A stretch of DNA of 64,000 bases from an uncultured Gammaproteobacteria bacterium. Its GTDB lineage: Bacteria; Patescibacteriota; Microgenomatia; Levybacterales; GWA1-39-11. The translations under genes were made by a program, and so were the position numbers. The stretch lies in NCBI GenBank assembly GCA_964531275.1, contig CAZHDZ010000003.1, positions 33,208 through 97,207 on the forward strand. Direction: 5' to 3'. Below the pieces are notes generated by a model. The model saw nothing but the letters and a program-made list of their open reading frames with translations, was not told the DNA's origin and did not search any database. Within the stretch, counting starts at the first letter, position 1; each line of letters opens with the position of its first letter. This document shows, in pieces, positions 1 through 9,300 of this stretch.

Positions 1-333
1 GTAAGGCCTCTTATCTCTATTGGAGATCCTAAATTAATGCTTGCCGCATTTAAAAAGATACTTGTAGAGGGGATAAGCGTTAGAGGTGCTGAGGATGTAG
101 CAAGACAAGTTAAAGCTGAAATACAAAAGAAAGAGCCTCAGAAGAAGAGCGATAAGATTTATATTCCAGAGCAGGATGAAATGGCCAAGACTTTAGGTGA
201 AAAATATGGCTGGAACGTAAAATTTGATCAGTCCAGAGCCTTAGGTAAAATAGTTATTACCATAAAAGGTTCTGAGGATAGAACAGGCGAAGAGTTAAAA
301 AGAATTTATTCTAGACTATTAGAGATCGAGTAA
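1..333 (+). CDS. parB: ParB/Spo0J-like chromosome partitioning protein, C-terminal fragment; the 5' end lies outside the window and the frame is open from nt 1
   Basis: The frame is open from position 1. A GISVRGAEDVARQV segment resembles the ParB helix-turn-helix flank (LSVRxTExLV), and the C-terminal GKIVITIKGSEDRTGEELKRIYSRL resembles the ParB dimerisation end. Assignment is by memory of the family, not by search. Confidence 0.5.
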   Translation, partial: VRPLISIGDPKLMLAAFKKILVEGISVRGAEDVARQVKAEIQKKEPQKKSDKIYIPEQDEMAKTLGEKYGWNVKFDQSRALGKIVITIKGSEDRTGEELKRIYSRLLEIE

Positions 334-443
334 TACCCTCTGTGGGGCTTAAAATCGCCCCAAAATGCGCTTTTTTCTTCAAATCTGCATGAGAATCCTT
401 CTTAGTACTTTCTATTGATCAAAAACGCAGATTTATTCGCCTT

Positions 444-563
444 GCCTAGCGTAGCCAAGCTTTGCTTAGCGCAGCCAAGCTCTGCTTATCTTGAAGCTCT
501 GCTTAGCGTAGCCAAGCTCTGCTTAGCGCAGCCAAGCTCTGCTTATCTTGAAGCTCCGCTTAT
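444..563. repeat. Tandem direct repeat, 57-bp period x about 2.1, built from 20-bp subunits GCTTAGCG(T/C)AGCCAAGCTCT plus a 17-bp GCTTATCTTGAAGCTCT subunit
   Basis: Read directly from the sequence. Units lie at 444-463, 464-483, 484-500, 501-520, 521-540, 541-557 and 558-563. The array abuts the lepB stop codon. Confidence 0.85.
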
Positions 564-1120
564 ATTTCGGTGTGTCTGACCACCCTCATGTGATTTAGGG
601 GCCAATACACGAAGAAGGATTTACCAATTACAGCCTGTTTTGTTACAAATCCCCATTCTCTTGAATCAGAGCTAAATTCTCTATTATCTCCCATCGTAAA
701 GTATTGACCTTCTGGAACCACGACTTCATCACCTTCTCCTAAAAAAGAACCACTATTTGTTCTGACTGTAGCAGGAAGAAATGATGATTGATCAACTTTA
801 GTTCCATTAACATAAACTTGTCCTTCTAATATTTTGACCCTATCGCCGGGTAGTCCTATAATTCTTTTAATATAATCTTTTTCTTTGTCTGGGGGAGCAT
901 GAAATACAATAATGTCACCTCTCTTGAGTTCTTCAAGACGAAGGGACACAAGATTTGTTAATACATATTCTCCATTTTGAAACGTAGGATCCATGGAATG
1001 GCCATTTACTTGATAGGGTCTGAAAAGAAAAGCATAGATAACGACAAAAATTGCTCCCGCTATCACGAGTGTCTGAATTAGATCGAAAATTATGTAGTAA
1101 AATTTTCTGAAAAGTTCCAT
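560..1120 (-). CDS. lepB: Signal peptidase I
   Basis: N-terminal TM helix, then GHSMDPT (the catalytic Ser box SM.PT), KRIIGLPGD (the Lys box) and a GDNR..SSDSR box. 186 aa. Confidence 0.9.
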   Translation of the reverse strand: MELFRKFYYIIFDLIQTLVIAGAIFVVIYAFLFRPYQVNGHSMDPTFQNGEYVLTNLVSLRLEELKRGDIIVFHAPPDKEKDYIKRIIGLPGDRVKILEGQVYVNGTKVDQSSFLPATVRTNSGSFLGEGDEVVVPEGQYFTMGDNREFSSDSREWGFVTKQAVIGKSFFVYWPLNHMRVVRHTEI

Positions 1121-1337
1121 TTTTTATTAATATGTTATTCCAATTGTGGGACGCTAAGCATTTTTTGTCAATTTAGTAATATGTTTTCTGTTACAATACT
1201 AAAAATCAATTGCCCTAAAGCCATTTTGTCACTCGCTATAGTAGAGTGCTAAATTGAATCTGGATTTAAAATGGCCCGTCAAATCAATCCAAAGTGAAAT
1301 ATTTTAAGTATATCGAACTAGTATTAAATATATCAAA

Positions 1338-2363
1338 TTGAAACAGAAGCAAACAATCCTTTTCTTAACTAGATTATACCACCCACACATAGGAGGTGTC
1401 GAGAAGCACGTCTACATGGTTGCTCAGTCACTTTTAAATAGGGGCTATAAGGTTGTTGTTGTTACTGAGCAATTTGACTCAAGGCTTCCTCTTACTGAAG
1501 TAGCAGACAATGTTATCATTCATCGCATTCCGATAGCTAAAAAGGAAAAGCTTAAGAAATTTTGGATTTGGAGTTGGGTCATTATGAATAGGGATGTCTT
1601 TTTTAAAGCGCGTGTTATACATGTTCATGACGTTTTTTTCTGGCTTTTGCCCCTTAGGCCCTTCCTCTCTAAAAGGAATATATTTACAACCTTTCATGGT
1701 TATGAAGATTATCCTATAAAACGACGTTGGATCATTATGAGAAAGATAATTGAGAAATTATCTTATGGCACAATTTGCATTGGAGACTTCATGAAAAAAT
1801 GGTATAAGTCTTCTCCTAGCTACGTAAGTTATGGCGCCGTAGAAATGGCAAAAGCTAATGTAGATTACACAGATTCATCAGCGATATTTTTTGGTAGGCT
1901 TGAGCAACAGACAGGCATTCTAGAATACATATCAGCCTATAAAATTATAAAAAAGAAACATCCCAGGTTTAAATTGACGGTGATAGGTGATGGTCCTTTA
2001 AGAGAGATGCTCCCGAAAGGCGTAATTCATATGGGTTTTGAGGCTAATATTGAAAAATTCATAGCACCACACCGATTTATATTTGTTTCTCGTTATCTGT
2101 CAATGTTTGAGGCTATTATTCAAAAAAAAGAAGTTGTAGCAGTATTTTCTGACCCTGTGAAAAAGGATTATTTGGAAATGTCTCCTTTTAAGGATTATGT
2201 ATTCATTACTAAAAGCCCTGCTGAGATTGCTAAATATGTCGATATGAGTCTAAAAGAAGGTCAAAATAGAAAATTAATTGAAGATGCATATGTATGGGCA
2301 AGGCAGAATACGTGGAGAAAATTAGTTAATACCTACCTCAATCTATGGGGAATTGCTAAATAG
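1338..2363 (+). CDS. Glycosyltransferase, GT4-like; probable TTG start
   Basis: The N-terminus ILFLTRLYHPHIGGVEKHVYMVAQSLLNRGYKVVVVT matches the Glyco_transf_4 Rossmann N-domain pattern. The C-terminal half has a degenerate E..(A)..G motif. Confidence 0.5.
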   Translation: MKQKQTILFLTRLYHPHIGGVEKHVYMVAQSLLNRGYKVVVVTEQFDSRLPLTEVADNVIIHRIPIAKKEKLKKFWIWSWVIMNRDVFFKARVIHVHDVFFWLLPLRPFLSKRNIFTTFHGYEDYPIKRRWIIMRKIIEKLSYGTICIGDFMKKWYKSSPSYVSYGAVEMAKANVDYTDSSAIFFGRLEQQTGILEYISAYKIIKKKHPRFKLTVIGDGPLREMLPKGVIHMGFEANIEKFIAPHRFIFVSRYLSMFEAIIQKKEVVAVFSDPVKKDYLEMSPFKDYVFITKSPAEIAKYVDMSLKEGQNRKLIEDAYVWARQNTWRKLVNTYLNLWGIAK

Positions 2364-4078
2364 GCAACTACAAGTATAAGTCCGAGGATGCTGAGAATAT
2401 TTGCAAAGGTAACTATTGGGGTAGCCTCAAAAGAGAGAAGTGCGTCATACGTACCAGGGGAAAGTGAAAAACGAATTTTATTGGACTTTTGAGCATCGAT
2501 GAAGCTAAAAGGATAGTTTTTTCCATTTATGTATAGATTCCATCCCGGAAAATAATACGTATTCTCAACGAATTCAGATTTTTGTACCACATTGAGCCTA
2601 TATTTATGCCTTGTTGGCGTTTTTGAGAGCACACTAATGGTTGATTGACCGTTTACTACTTCAAGGGAGCTTTCAGGTGGAATTTTTTCCCATATATTGT
2701 TTATGTCTCTACTTATTGGAGCTGCAGGTTGTAGGCCTTCAGCCTCAGCTGTAGCAAGAGGTGCGTGATGCATGAGGTAGGAATCATTAATATCGGGAAG
2801 CATAGCTCTTGTTCCCCAATTGAGAATTGTAGAAAGCATGGCAATTGTGGCTATTCCATAAATAATTTTAGGTTTTCTTACCTTGTTGATCGATATTGCT
2901 CCAATTATGGCTAAAACAAACGCAACTGGTAGCATCATACGATAGGAAAATTGGAAATTAGTTAAAAAGGGAATTGTTTTCCAAACAAATTCAGAAAATG
3001 GAAAAAGGAGAAATAGCAGAAAAGTAAATATAGTAAGAAGAATTATGGATGTTTTTTTAAGTTTCTTTTCTATTTTGCCTCGAAATAGTGAAATTAGCAA
3101 AAATACCAGTAGCGCCAGTTGTACAAATCCCATAGGAAAAGAGAGTTGGCCGATTGGACCCTGATAAAGAAAGCCCATTCTCCAAGGCGAGATAAAATAA
3201 AGAGTGGGATTCTCAAAAGATATATGTTTTGAGAATTCGACTTGTAAGGTATGCGCAGTTCCCTCAACTACGGGTAGCCAGTAAAAACTAGTAGCAAGAA
3301 ATGCACAAAAGAGAGATATGTATATAGGTATTACCTTCCAAGCCTCTTTTTTCCAAAAAGTACCTGATAAGCCTTTCAGCCTAATTAATATGAAAAGAGG
3401 GAATAGTATTATGAATGGAGTTGCTATAAGCGTAATCGCTTGATGCGAAAGCACTAGGCAGGAGTAAGTAAAGAATAGAAGGGCGACATATCGTTTTATG
3501 GGTCTACTAGATATTCTTAACATCGAATAAAATATCAAAGGAAGGAAAGCAAAAGCAAACAGCTCTCCAAGCGCAACACGAAAATGCAAATCAACTAAGT
3601 GATATGGAGCAAACAAATATAAGATAGCACCCAACGCGCTGCTATTTTTATTTAAGAATTGTTTTAGGAGAAGATACATTCCAACTCCTGAAAGTACAAA
3701 AACTAAGGCTATAGAAAATTTTTCAGAGGCTATAAATGATATTCCAATAAATTTAGGAATTGCAATTGCATAGTATGGAAGTGGATATGTAAAGAGAAAC
3801 AACGGGTATCCATATGTTGCATTTAGTATCGAAGCCCAGTGAACAGGGAAAATTCCGAACGAAAGAGAATTCCAAAGATCATATGCCTTAGCTATATTTA
3901 TTGCAAAGTCACCACTTTGGTGTACGCCTCTTTTAAGTAGTGAAAGTAAGGGTAGTAAAGATGCAAGTAATACGAAATAAAAACTAAACTTTTCTCTTCT
4001 TCTAATAAAAAAAATCGTTATTAAGAAAATAAGAAACGCAATAAGGCTTGTTGTAACCAGTTTTTGAGGGTCTAACAT
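2333..4078 (-). CDS. Polytopic membrane protein, YfhO/GT-C-like putative lipid-linked-sugar glycosyltransferase
   Basis: About 12 predicted TM helices. The C-terminal extracytoplasmic domain carries YYFPGWNLYINGK followed by a final TM helix, the Y.PGW...(V/I)(D/N)G signature typical of YfhO-type GT-C proteins. Confidence 0.5.
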   Translation of the reverse strand: MLDPQKLVTTSLIAFLIFLITIFFIRRREKFSFYFVLLASLLPLLSLLKRGVHQSGDFAINIAKAYDLWNSLSFGIFPVHWASILNATYGYPLFLFTYPLPYYAIAIPKFIGISFIASEKFSIALVFVLSGVGMYLLLKQFLNKNSSALGAILYLFAPYHLVDLHFRVALGELFAFAFLPLIFYSMLRISSRPIKRYVALLFFTYSCLVLSHQAITLIATPFIILFPLFILIRLKGLSGTFWKKEAWKVIPIYISLFCAFLATSFYWLPVVEGTAHTLQVEFSKHISFENPTLYFISPWRMGFLYQGPIGQLSFPMGFVQLALLVFLLISLFRGKIEKKLKKTSIILLTIFTFLLFLLFPFSEFVWKTIPFLTNFQFSYRMMLPVAFVLAIIGAISINKVRKPKIIYGIATIAMLSTILNWGTRAMLPDINDSYLMHHAPLATAEAEGLQPAAPISRDINNIWEKIPPESSLEVVNGQSTISVLSKTPTRHKYRLNVVQKSEFVENTYYFPGWNLYINGKNYPFSFIDAQKSNKIRFSLSPGTYDALLSFEATPIVTFANILSILGLILVVAYLAIPHRLR

Positions 4079-4105
4079 TGGTGGTATTATATACTAACAA
4101 AATTT
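4079..4105. promoter_or_regulatory. 27-bp divergent intergenic region with overlapping face-to-face -10 boxes (minus strand TATAAT 4091-4086, plus strand TATACT 4090-4095), implying leaderless or near-leaderless divergent transcripts
   Basis: Only 27 bp separate two divergent start codons (ATG 4078 on the minus strand, ATG 4106 on the plus strand). TATAAT ends 7 nt before the minus-strand ATG and TATACT ends 10 nt before the plus-strand ATG. Neither gene has a Shine-Dalgarno sequence. Confidence 0.35.
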
Positions 4106-5032
4106 ATGAAGGCCGCACTTATTACAACAGTACTTAATGAAGAAGATTCTATTGGAAAATTTTTGGATTCCATTGTTTCCCAAACGCTAATTCCATCCGA
4201 AATAATTATCGTTGATGCCGGCTCGAAGGATAACACGATTTCTATAATTAAAAAATACTCCAAAAAACTTCCTCTAAAACTGTTTATACATAAAGGTAAC
4301 CGTTCTACCGGAAGAAATTTTGCGATTAAAAAGACAACGAGTGAATATATTGCTGTAACTGATGTTGGATGTACTCTTGATAAATTTTGGTTTGAGAGAA
4401 TTACTACTCCCCTTGCTAATAATTGTGATGTTGTCGCAGGTTTTTATAAGCCAATAACGCTCAATGTTTTTGAAAAATCATTAGCCACTTATACCTGTGT
4501 GCCAATTGATAAAGTAACACAAGATTTTCTTCCCTCATCTCGTTCTGTCTCTTTTTCAAAAAAAGCATGGACTAAAGTGGGTGGTTATCCGGAGCATCTT
4601 GATACTTGTGAGGATTTGGTTTTCGCGTCGGCGTTAAAAGCAGCAGGATTGAGATTTTCAGTAGCCAAGAACGCTCTTGTGTATTGGCAGCAGCGGAAAA
4701 ACATCATTGAGGCTTCTTGGCAATTTTATAGTTATGCGCTTGGTGATGGAATGGCAGGATACTATAGAATCCAAACCCCGTTTCTTTTTGGTAGATATAT
4801 TTTATTGGCCATAATATTATTGGCTTTTGCACATGTAAAAGATGTGATGATATTTTGGATAATTTGTCTATTAGCCGTTGGATATCTATCTTGGTCAATT
4901 AAAAAAAATTATAGGTATGTTAGGCATCCATACGCTTTTGTGTATCTGCCAATACTGCAAGTTACGTCAGATATTTTTGTTATTGCAGGTACTACTAATG
5001 GGACTCTCAAGAGGATTTTGAAAGCGATTTAA
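4106..5032 (+). CDS. GT2 glycosyltransferase with two C-terminal TM helices, GtrB/DPM1-like polyprenyl-phosphate sugar transferase
   Basis: LITTVLNEEDSIGKFLDSIVSQT...IIVDAGSKDNT matches the GT2 N-terminal motifs (DxD region). A C-terminal hydrophobic hairpin is present as in GtrB. Confidence 0.7.
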   Translation: MKAALITTVLNEEDSIGKFLDSIVSQTLIPSEIIIVDAGSKDNTISIIKKYSKKLPLKLFIHKGNRSTGRNFAIKKTTSEYIAVTDVGCTLDKFWFERITTPLANNCDVVAGFYKPITLNVFEKSLATYTCVPIDKVTQDFLPSSRSVSFSKKAWTKVGGYPEHLDTCEDLVFASALKAAGLRFSVAKNALVYWQQRKNIIEASWQFYSYALGDGMAGYYRIQTPFLFGRYILLAIILLAFAHVKDVMIFWIICLLAVGYLSWSIKKNYRYVRHPYAFVYLPILQVTSDIFVIAGTTNGTLKRILKAI

Positions 5033-5855
5033 TATTTTTCATAGTGCAGATAAATGCCCATCCGAAAAGTATATTAAGCGGAAAATATTTGGAGAAAGGA
5101 TAAAGGGCACTTATAAGATTATATAAAGCATGCTTAGTACTTTTCTTATTCTTTATGTATCCCACTTTTGTTTTTATGGTTCCAGCAAAACCATACTCAT
5201 TAAAAAGGCTTTTTAAATAGAAAAATGTTGGTTCATTAATATGTTGTATATGTTCTGCATCTGTACGCGGATCTTTAGGGAGTGCATCATAGATTTTGTT
5301 AAAAAAAATTCGATCAAAAGCACGAATAATATTATTTATGGGTCTTATATACATCGGGTATGTATAGTTATGTAGAATTTTATTGGTTCCGGTATGAGCA
5401 AAGAATATCCCATTTGGCTTTAGGACTCTTTTTACTTCTTGCATCATTTTTTTCATTTCCTGCTTGTTGAGATGCTCTATAACATCTAGTGCTATAACCT
5501 TGTCGAAGAAATTGTCATCAAAATCAAGCTTCGTAGCATTCATCTCATAAAATTCTATTTTCTTTTTAATAGTATCGGGGAAAGTTTTCTTTGCTCTATT
5601 TGCAAGGGTAATGCCATCTTTTGAATAATCAATTCCAATAGCCATTTTTGCTCTTTTGCCTAAATTAATTGTTATATCGCCTCGGCCACATCCAATATCA
5701 AGAATAGTGTCGTTTTTTCGTACATCAATTATGGATAGTAGCTCCTTAACCTCTCCAGCAAGATTTTTTCCATGCGTTTGGTTAAATTCAGATGAGCCTA
5801 GGCAAACTTTCGTGTAGTAGTCTTTGTCATATACAGTTGAGGGAATGGTTTTCAT
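5007..5855 (-). CDS. Class I SAM-dependent methyltransferase
   Basis: ILDIGCGRGDIT (motif I GxGxG), ALDVIEHL (motif II) and VLKPNGIFF (motif III). Confidence 0.75.
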   Translation of the reverse strand: MKTIPSTVYDKDYYTKVCLGSSEFNQTHGKNLAGEVKELLSIIDVRKNDTILDIGCGRGDITINLGKRAKMAIGIDYSKDGITLANRAKKTFPDTIKKKIEFYEMNATKLDFDDNFFDKVIALDVIEHLNKQEMKKMMQEVKRVLKPNGIFFAHTGTNKILHNYTYPMYIRPINNIIRAFDRIFFNKIYDALPKDPRTDAEHIQHINEPTFFYLKSLFNEYGFAGTIKTKVGYIKNKKSTKHALYNLISALYPFSKYFPLNILFGWAFICTMKNIKSLSKSS

Positions 5856-7072
5856 TTAGAAAATAGTTTAAATAATCTGTAGAGATAATAAGGAGTAATT
5901 ATTACATAAGAAATTGTAATTGCGCTAGCAGCACCGGTTATTTGAAATGTAAAGACAGACGGAATTATTAAGATAAGGAGAACAACTAAATGAATAAAAT
6001 TAACCTTGGCTAAAGTGTGTGGTATGCCAACGGATAAAAATAATGGACCTATTGGGCCAATAGAGGCTCTTAGAAATCCATATATTGCAAGTATTCTCAG
6101 AACACCTGAAGCATCTACCCATTTCGGTCCAAAAAGGATAGTAATTATTTCTTTAGGAAAAAGCAGCAGGGGAATGTTTATGAGTAAGGCAAAGATTGTC
6201 GTAAAGAGTATATGTTTTAGGAACAGTCTTTTTAAGCGTTTTTTATCTGTGTGAATTTTTGAGTATACAGGAAACATTATTTGCGACAGGACATTTGTTA
6301 TTTCATTAAAGGCCGTTGAGCCTGTTTTAAAAGCAAGATCATAAAGGCCAAGTGATGTAGGCCCTAAGATTTTTCCAACAACAATAGTGTCCAGTTGCGT
6401 TGTAAGATACGTTGATAATCCACCTGCTGTTATCCATTTTCCGTACGAAACTAGTTTTTTAAAGTACTTTTTGCTGAAAGGCTTTGAAAAATCACGAGTT
6501 GTCATTGCATACGATGTTATTAGTTCTGCTACAGTGCCAAGTAAAAGACCCATAACAAGCGCTAGCGAACTCTTGAAATAGAATGACAGTAGGATTGTTG
6601 AAAAAGTAAGAACCGCAACAGGAATTAAGCGGAAAATAAATTCTTTTTCGAATTTTAAATCTTTTTGAAAGCCTATTACATAGGGGTTCTGTAAACCTTT
6701 CAATATAGGTATTAACGCTGCAATTAGCAGAAGACCAGTAATAGAAGAATTTTGGAAAAAGGTCGCTACGAAAGGAATGGATATGATTGTTGCCAAACTT
6801 AGGAGCATTCCTCTAAGCATTGTTACCATGAGAAATGTTTTTGCTATTTTTTTCATGTCAATCTGCATATGAATTACGGCATATGAAAATCCTAGATCTG
6901 TTACTGTGTCAAATATTGTAATAATTGACACAACGATTGCGAAAGCTCCGAAGTCTGCAGGTGTTAACAATCTTGTTACTACAATTAACTTAAGTATTAC
7001 CAATCCTTGAGTGGCAATTCGAAGTGCCATCATCCAGGCAGTGCTTTTAAAAATTAGATTTCTGTAGCTCAT
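5852..7072 (-). CDS. Polysaccharide/oligosaccharide flippase, MOP superfamily, Wzx-like
   Basis: 406 aa with about 12 TM helices. The N-terminal pattern ALRIATQGLVILKLIVVTRLLTPADFGAFAIV is typical of the Polysacc_synt (PST) family. Confidence 0.65.
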   Translation of the reverse strand: MSYRNLIFKSTAWMMALRIATQGLVILKLIVVTRLLTPADFGAFAIVVSIITIFDTVTDLGFSYAVIHMQIDMKKIAKTFLMVTMLRGMLLSLATIISIPFVATFFQNSSITGLLLIAALIPILKGLQNPYVIGFQKDLKFEKEFIFRLIPVAVLTFSTILLSFYFKSSLALVMGLLLGTVAELITSYAMTTRDFSKPFSKKYFKKLVSYGKWITAGGLSTYLTTQLDTIVVGKILGPTSLGLYDLAFKTGSTAFNEITNVLSQIMFPVYSKIHTDKKRLKRLFLKHILFTTIFALLINIPLLLFPKEIITILFGPKWVDASGVLRILAIYGFLRASIGPIGPLFLSVGIPHTLAKVNFIHLVVLLILIIPSVFTFQITGAASAITISYVIITPYYLYRLFKLFSK

Positions 7073-7169
7073 ATTTCGATTATCTTGTATGCTAGTTTTA
7101 ATTGCAAATAAGGGCTAATTCGATCTGAATTTCATTTGAAATTAGTATATAATTACCCAATCAAAAGGC

Positions 7170-8198
7170 ATGAAAAAGACTGTATTAATCACTGGGGGAG
7201 CGGGTTTTATAGGTATTAATACGGCAGCATATTACATTAGGAAAAAATACAATGTCATACTTCTCGATAACCTTTCACGAAAAGGAGTGGAAAAGAATAT
7301 TAAGTGGCTGACCAAAACTCATAAAAATAATTTCAAACTGGTAAAGTACGATTTAAAAGATACTTCAAGAAAATTAGAAAACATAGTATCCAAAGCTGAC
7401 ATAATTTTTCATTTAGCTGGGCAAGTTGCAGTGACAACATCAGTTCTTGATCCCATGGCGGACTTTAGAGCAAATGCCGTTGGGACCATGAATATGCTTG
7501 AAGCAGCGCGAAAGAGTAAGAAAAATCCCATATTCATTTTTAGCTCGACAAATAAAGTCTATGGCGATTTAGAAAATATAAAAATTCAGGAAGAAAAGAC
7601 TAGATATTCTTTTAAGAATTTACCTAAGGGAATTAATGAGATGCAGGGATTAGATTTTCATTCTCCATACGGTTGTAGTAAGGGGGCGTCGGATCAGTAT
7701 GTTAGAGATTACAGCCGGATTTATGGAATGAGGACAGTAGTTTTTAGACAATCATGTATTTATGGTCCACATCAATACGGATTTGAAGATCAGGGATGGG
7801 TTGCCTGGTTCATGATTGCAGTTCATTTGAATAAAGAAATTACCATTTATGGCAATGGTAAGCAGGTTAGAGATTTATTGTATGTAGGCGATCTCATTGA
7901 AGCATATGATTTGGCAATACAGAATATAAAGACAACATCGGGGAGAGTTTATAACTTAGGAGGAGGATTAAAAAATTCAATATCGGTGTGGCTCGAATTC
8001 GGGCCAATTCTCCAAAAATTATTCAGGAAAGACATCACTATCAAGAAGGACAATCCAAGACCGGGTGACCAGTTCATATTTATTGCTGATACTAGTCGTG
8101 CAAAGAAAGATTTCGGATGGGTACCAAAAACCAATCTTCCTGCCGGCCTAAAAAAGCTGTTCACATGGATACAAGAAAATGAAAAAGAATTTAGTTAA
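7170..8198 (+). CDS. NAD-dependent sugar epimerase/dehydratase (extended SDR), CDP-paratose/tyvelose 2-epimerase-like
   Basis: TGGAGFIG Rossmann motif; YGCSKGASDQY (the catalytic YxxxK); GWVAWF, as in tyvelose-epimerase-like SDRs. Confidence 0.75.
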   Translation: MKKTVLITGGAGFIGINTAAYYIRKKYNVILLDNLSRKGVEKNIKWLTKTHKNNFKLVKYDLKDTSRKLENIVSKADIIFHLAGQVAVTTSVLDPMADFRANAVGTMNMLEAARKSKKNPIFIFSSTNKVYGDLENIKIQEEKTRYSFKNLPKGINEMQGLDFHSPYGCSKGASDQYVRDYSRIYGMRTVVFRQSCIYGPHQYGFEDQGWVAWFMIAVHLNKEITIYGNGKQVRDLLYVGDLIEAYDLAIQNIKTTSGRVYNLGGGLKNSISVWLEFGPILQKLFRKDITIKKDNPRPGDQFIFIADTSRAKKDFGWVPKTNLPAGLKKLFTWIQENEKEFS

Positions 8199-9300
8199 AA
8201 AACGTGTAGCTTTTTTCCATGAACTAGATAAGGGTGGAGCAAGGAGATCGTCCAACGAATTTTCAAAGAATATTCTACGCGAATTCGATGTTGACCTTTT
8301 TATTGTCGATGACAAACGTGATCATGCAGAAGATTTGTATTATTCAAAAGTGCACTTCTTCAAATTCAAGCCTAAATTGTGGAAAGGGAATGATTGGAAA
8401 ATAAGGCTCTATAAAGATACAATTGAGCTTATTCGATTGTATTTTCTCCATCGAAAAATTGCTAAGGTAATCAACAAAGAAGATTATGAAGCGGTATTTG
8501 TACTGCCGTCAAAATATACGCAGGCACCTTTTATTCTAAATTTTCTGGTAAAGCCCATTATATATTATTGTCAGGAGCCCTTACGTATGGTATACGAACC
8601 ATTATTTCAGGTAGGAAGAGAGGTAGGTATGGGTAGATATTATTACGAGAAGGTAAATAGATTCTTTCGAAAGCTCATTGATAAAAATAACATACAACAA
8701 GCAAACGTAATTCTTTCAAATTCCGACTATACAGGCAGAAATATCAAAAAATCATATGGGCTAAAAAGTAAGACAGTCTATATGGGTGTTGATGTCGATT
8801 TCTTTACCCCGCTTACGCGGGGCAAGAAGACATATGACATTCTTTACATTGGAGCATATGATAAATCAGAAAATTATGAATTTCTAAAAAAAGGACTTGA
8901 GGTATATGGTATAAAACCCGAAAAAGTTAGACTTGTTTTTAAAGAAAAGGAATGGATATCTAAAAATACTGGCATGAGAGACCTTTACAGGAGCGCAAAA
9001 ATTATAGTATGCCTAGGCTATAAAGAACCCTTTGGCCTGATGCCAATAGAGGCAATGTCGTGCGGGCTCCCGATTGTTGCACTAAATGACGGTGGATACA
9101 AAGAAACAGTTACTAAGCAAATAGGATATCTTGTAGATAAAAAAACTTCTCAGCTTGTTGAAGCCTTTAAAAAAGTCCTTAATGAAAATAATTACAAAAA
9201 AATGTCAAAGCAAGCTCGCGTAGAAGCCGAATCTCGTTGGTCCTGGAAACATTCCGGGGATGAACTAATAAAAATTATCAACTCAACTATTAAGTTATGA
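8179..9300 (+). CDS. GT1/GT4-family glycosyltransferase
   Basis: EPFGLMPIEAMSCGLPIVALNDGG is the classic Glycos_transf_1 E.FG...EAM..G.P motif. Confidence 0.8.
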   Translation: MKKNLVKKRVAFFHELDKGGARRSSNEFSKNILREFDVDLFIVDDKRDHAEDLYYSKVHFFKFKPKLWKGNDWKIRLYKDTIELIRLYFLHRKIAKVINKEDYEAVFVLPSKYTQAPFILNFLVKPIIYYCQEPLRMVYEPLFQVGREVGMGRYYYEKVNRFFRKLIDKNNIQQANVILSNSDYTGRNIKKSYGLKSKTVYMGVDVDFFTPLTRGKKTYDILYIGAYDKSENYEFLKKGLEVYGIKPEKVRLVFKEKEWISKNTGMRDLYRSAKIIVCLGYKEPFGLMPIEAMSCGLPIVALNDGGYKETVTKQIGYLVDKKTSQLVEAFKKVLNENNYKKMSKQARVEAESRWSWKHSGDELIKIINSTIKL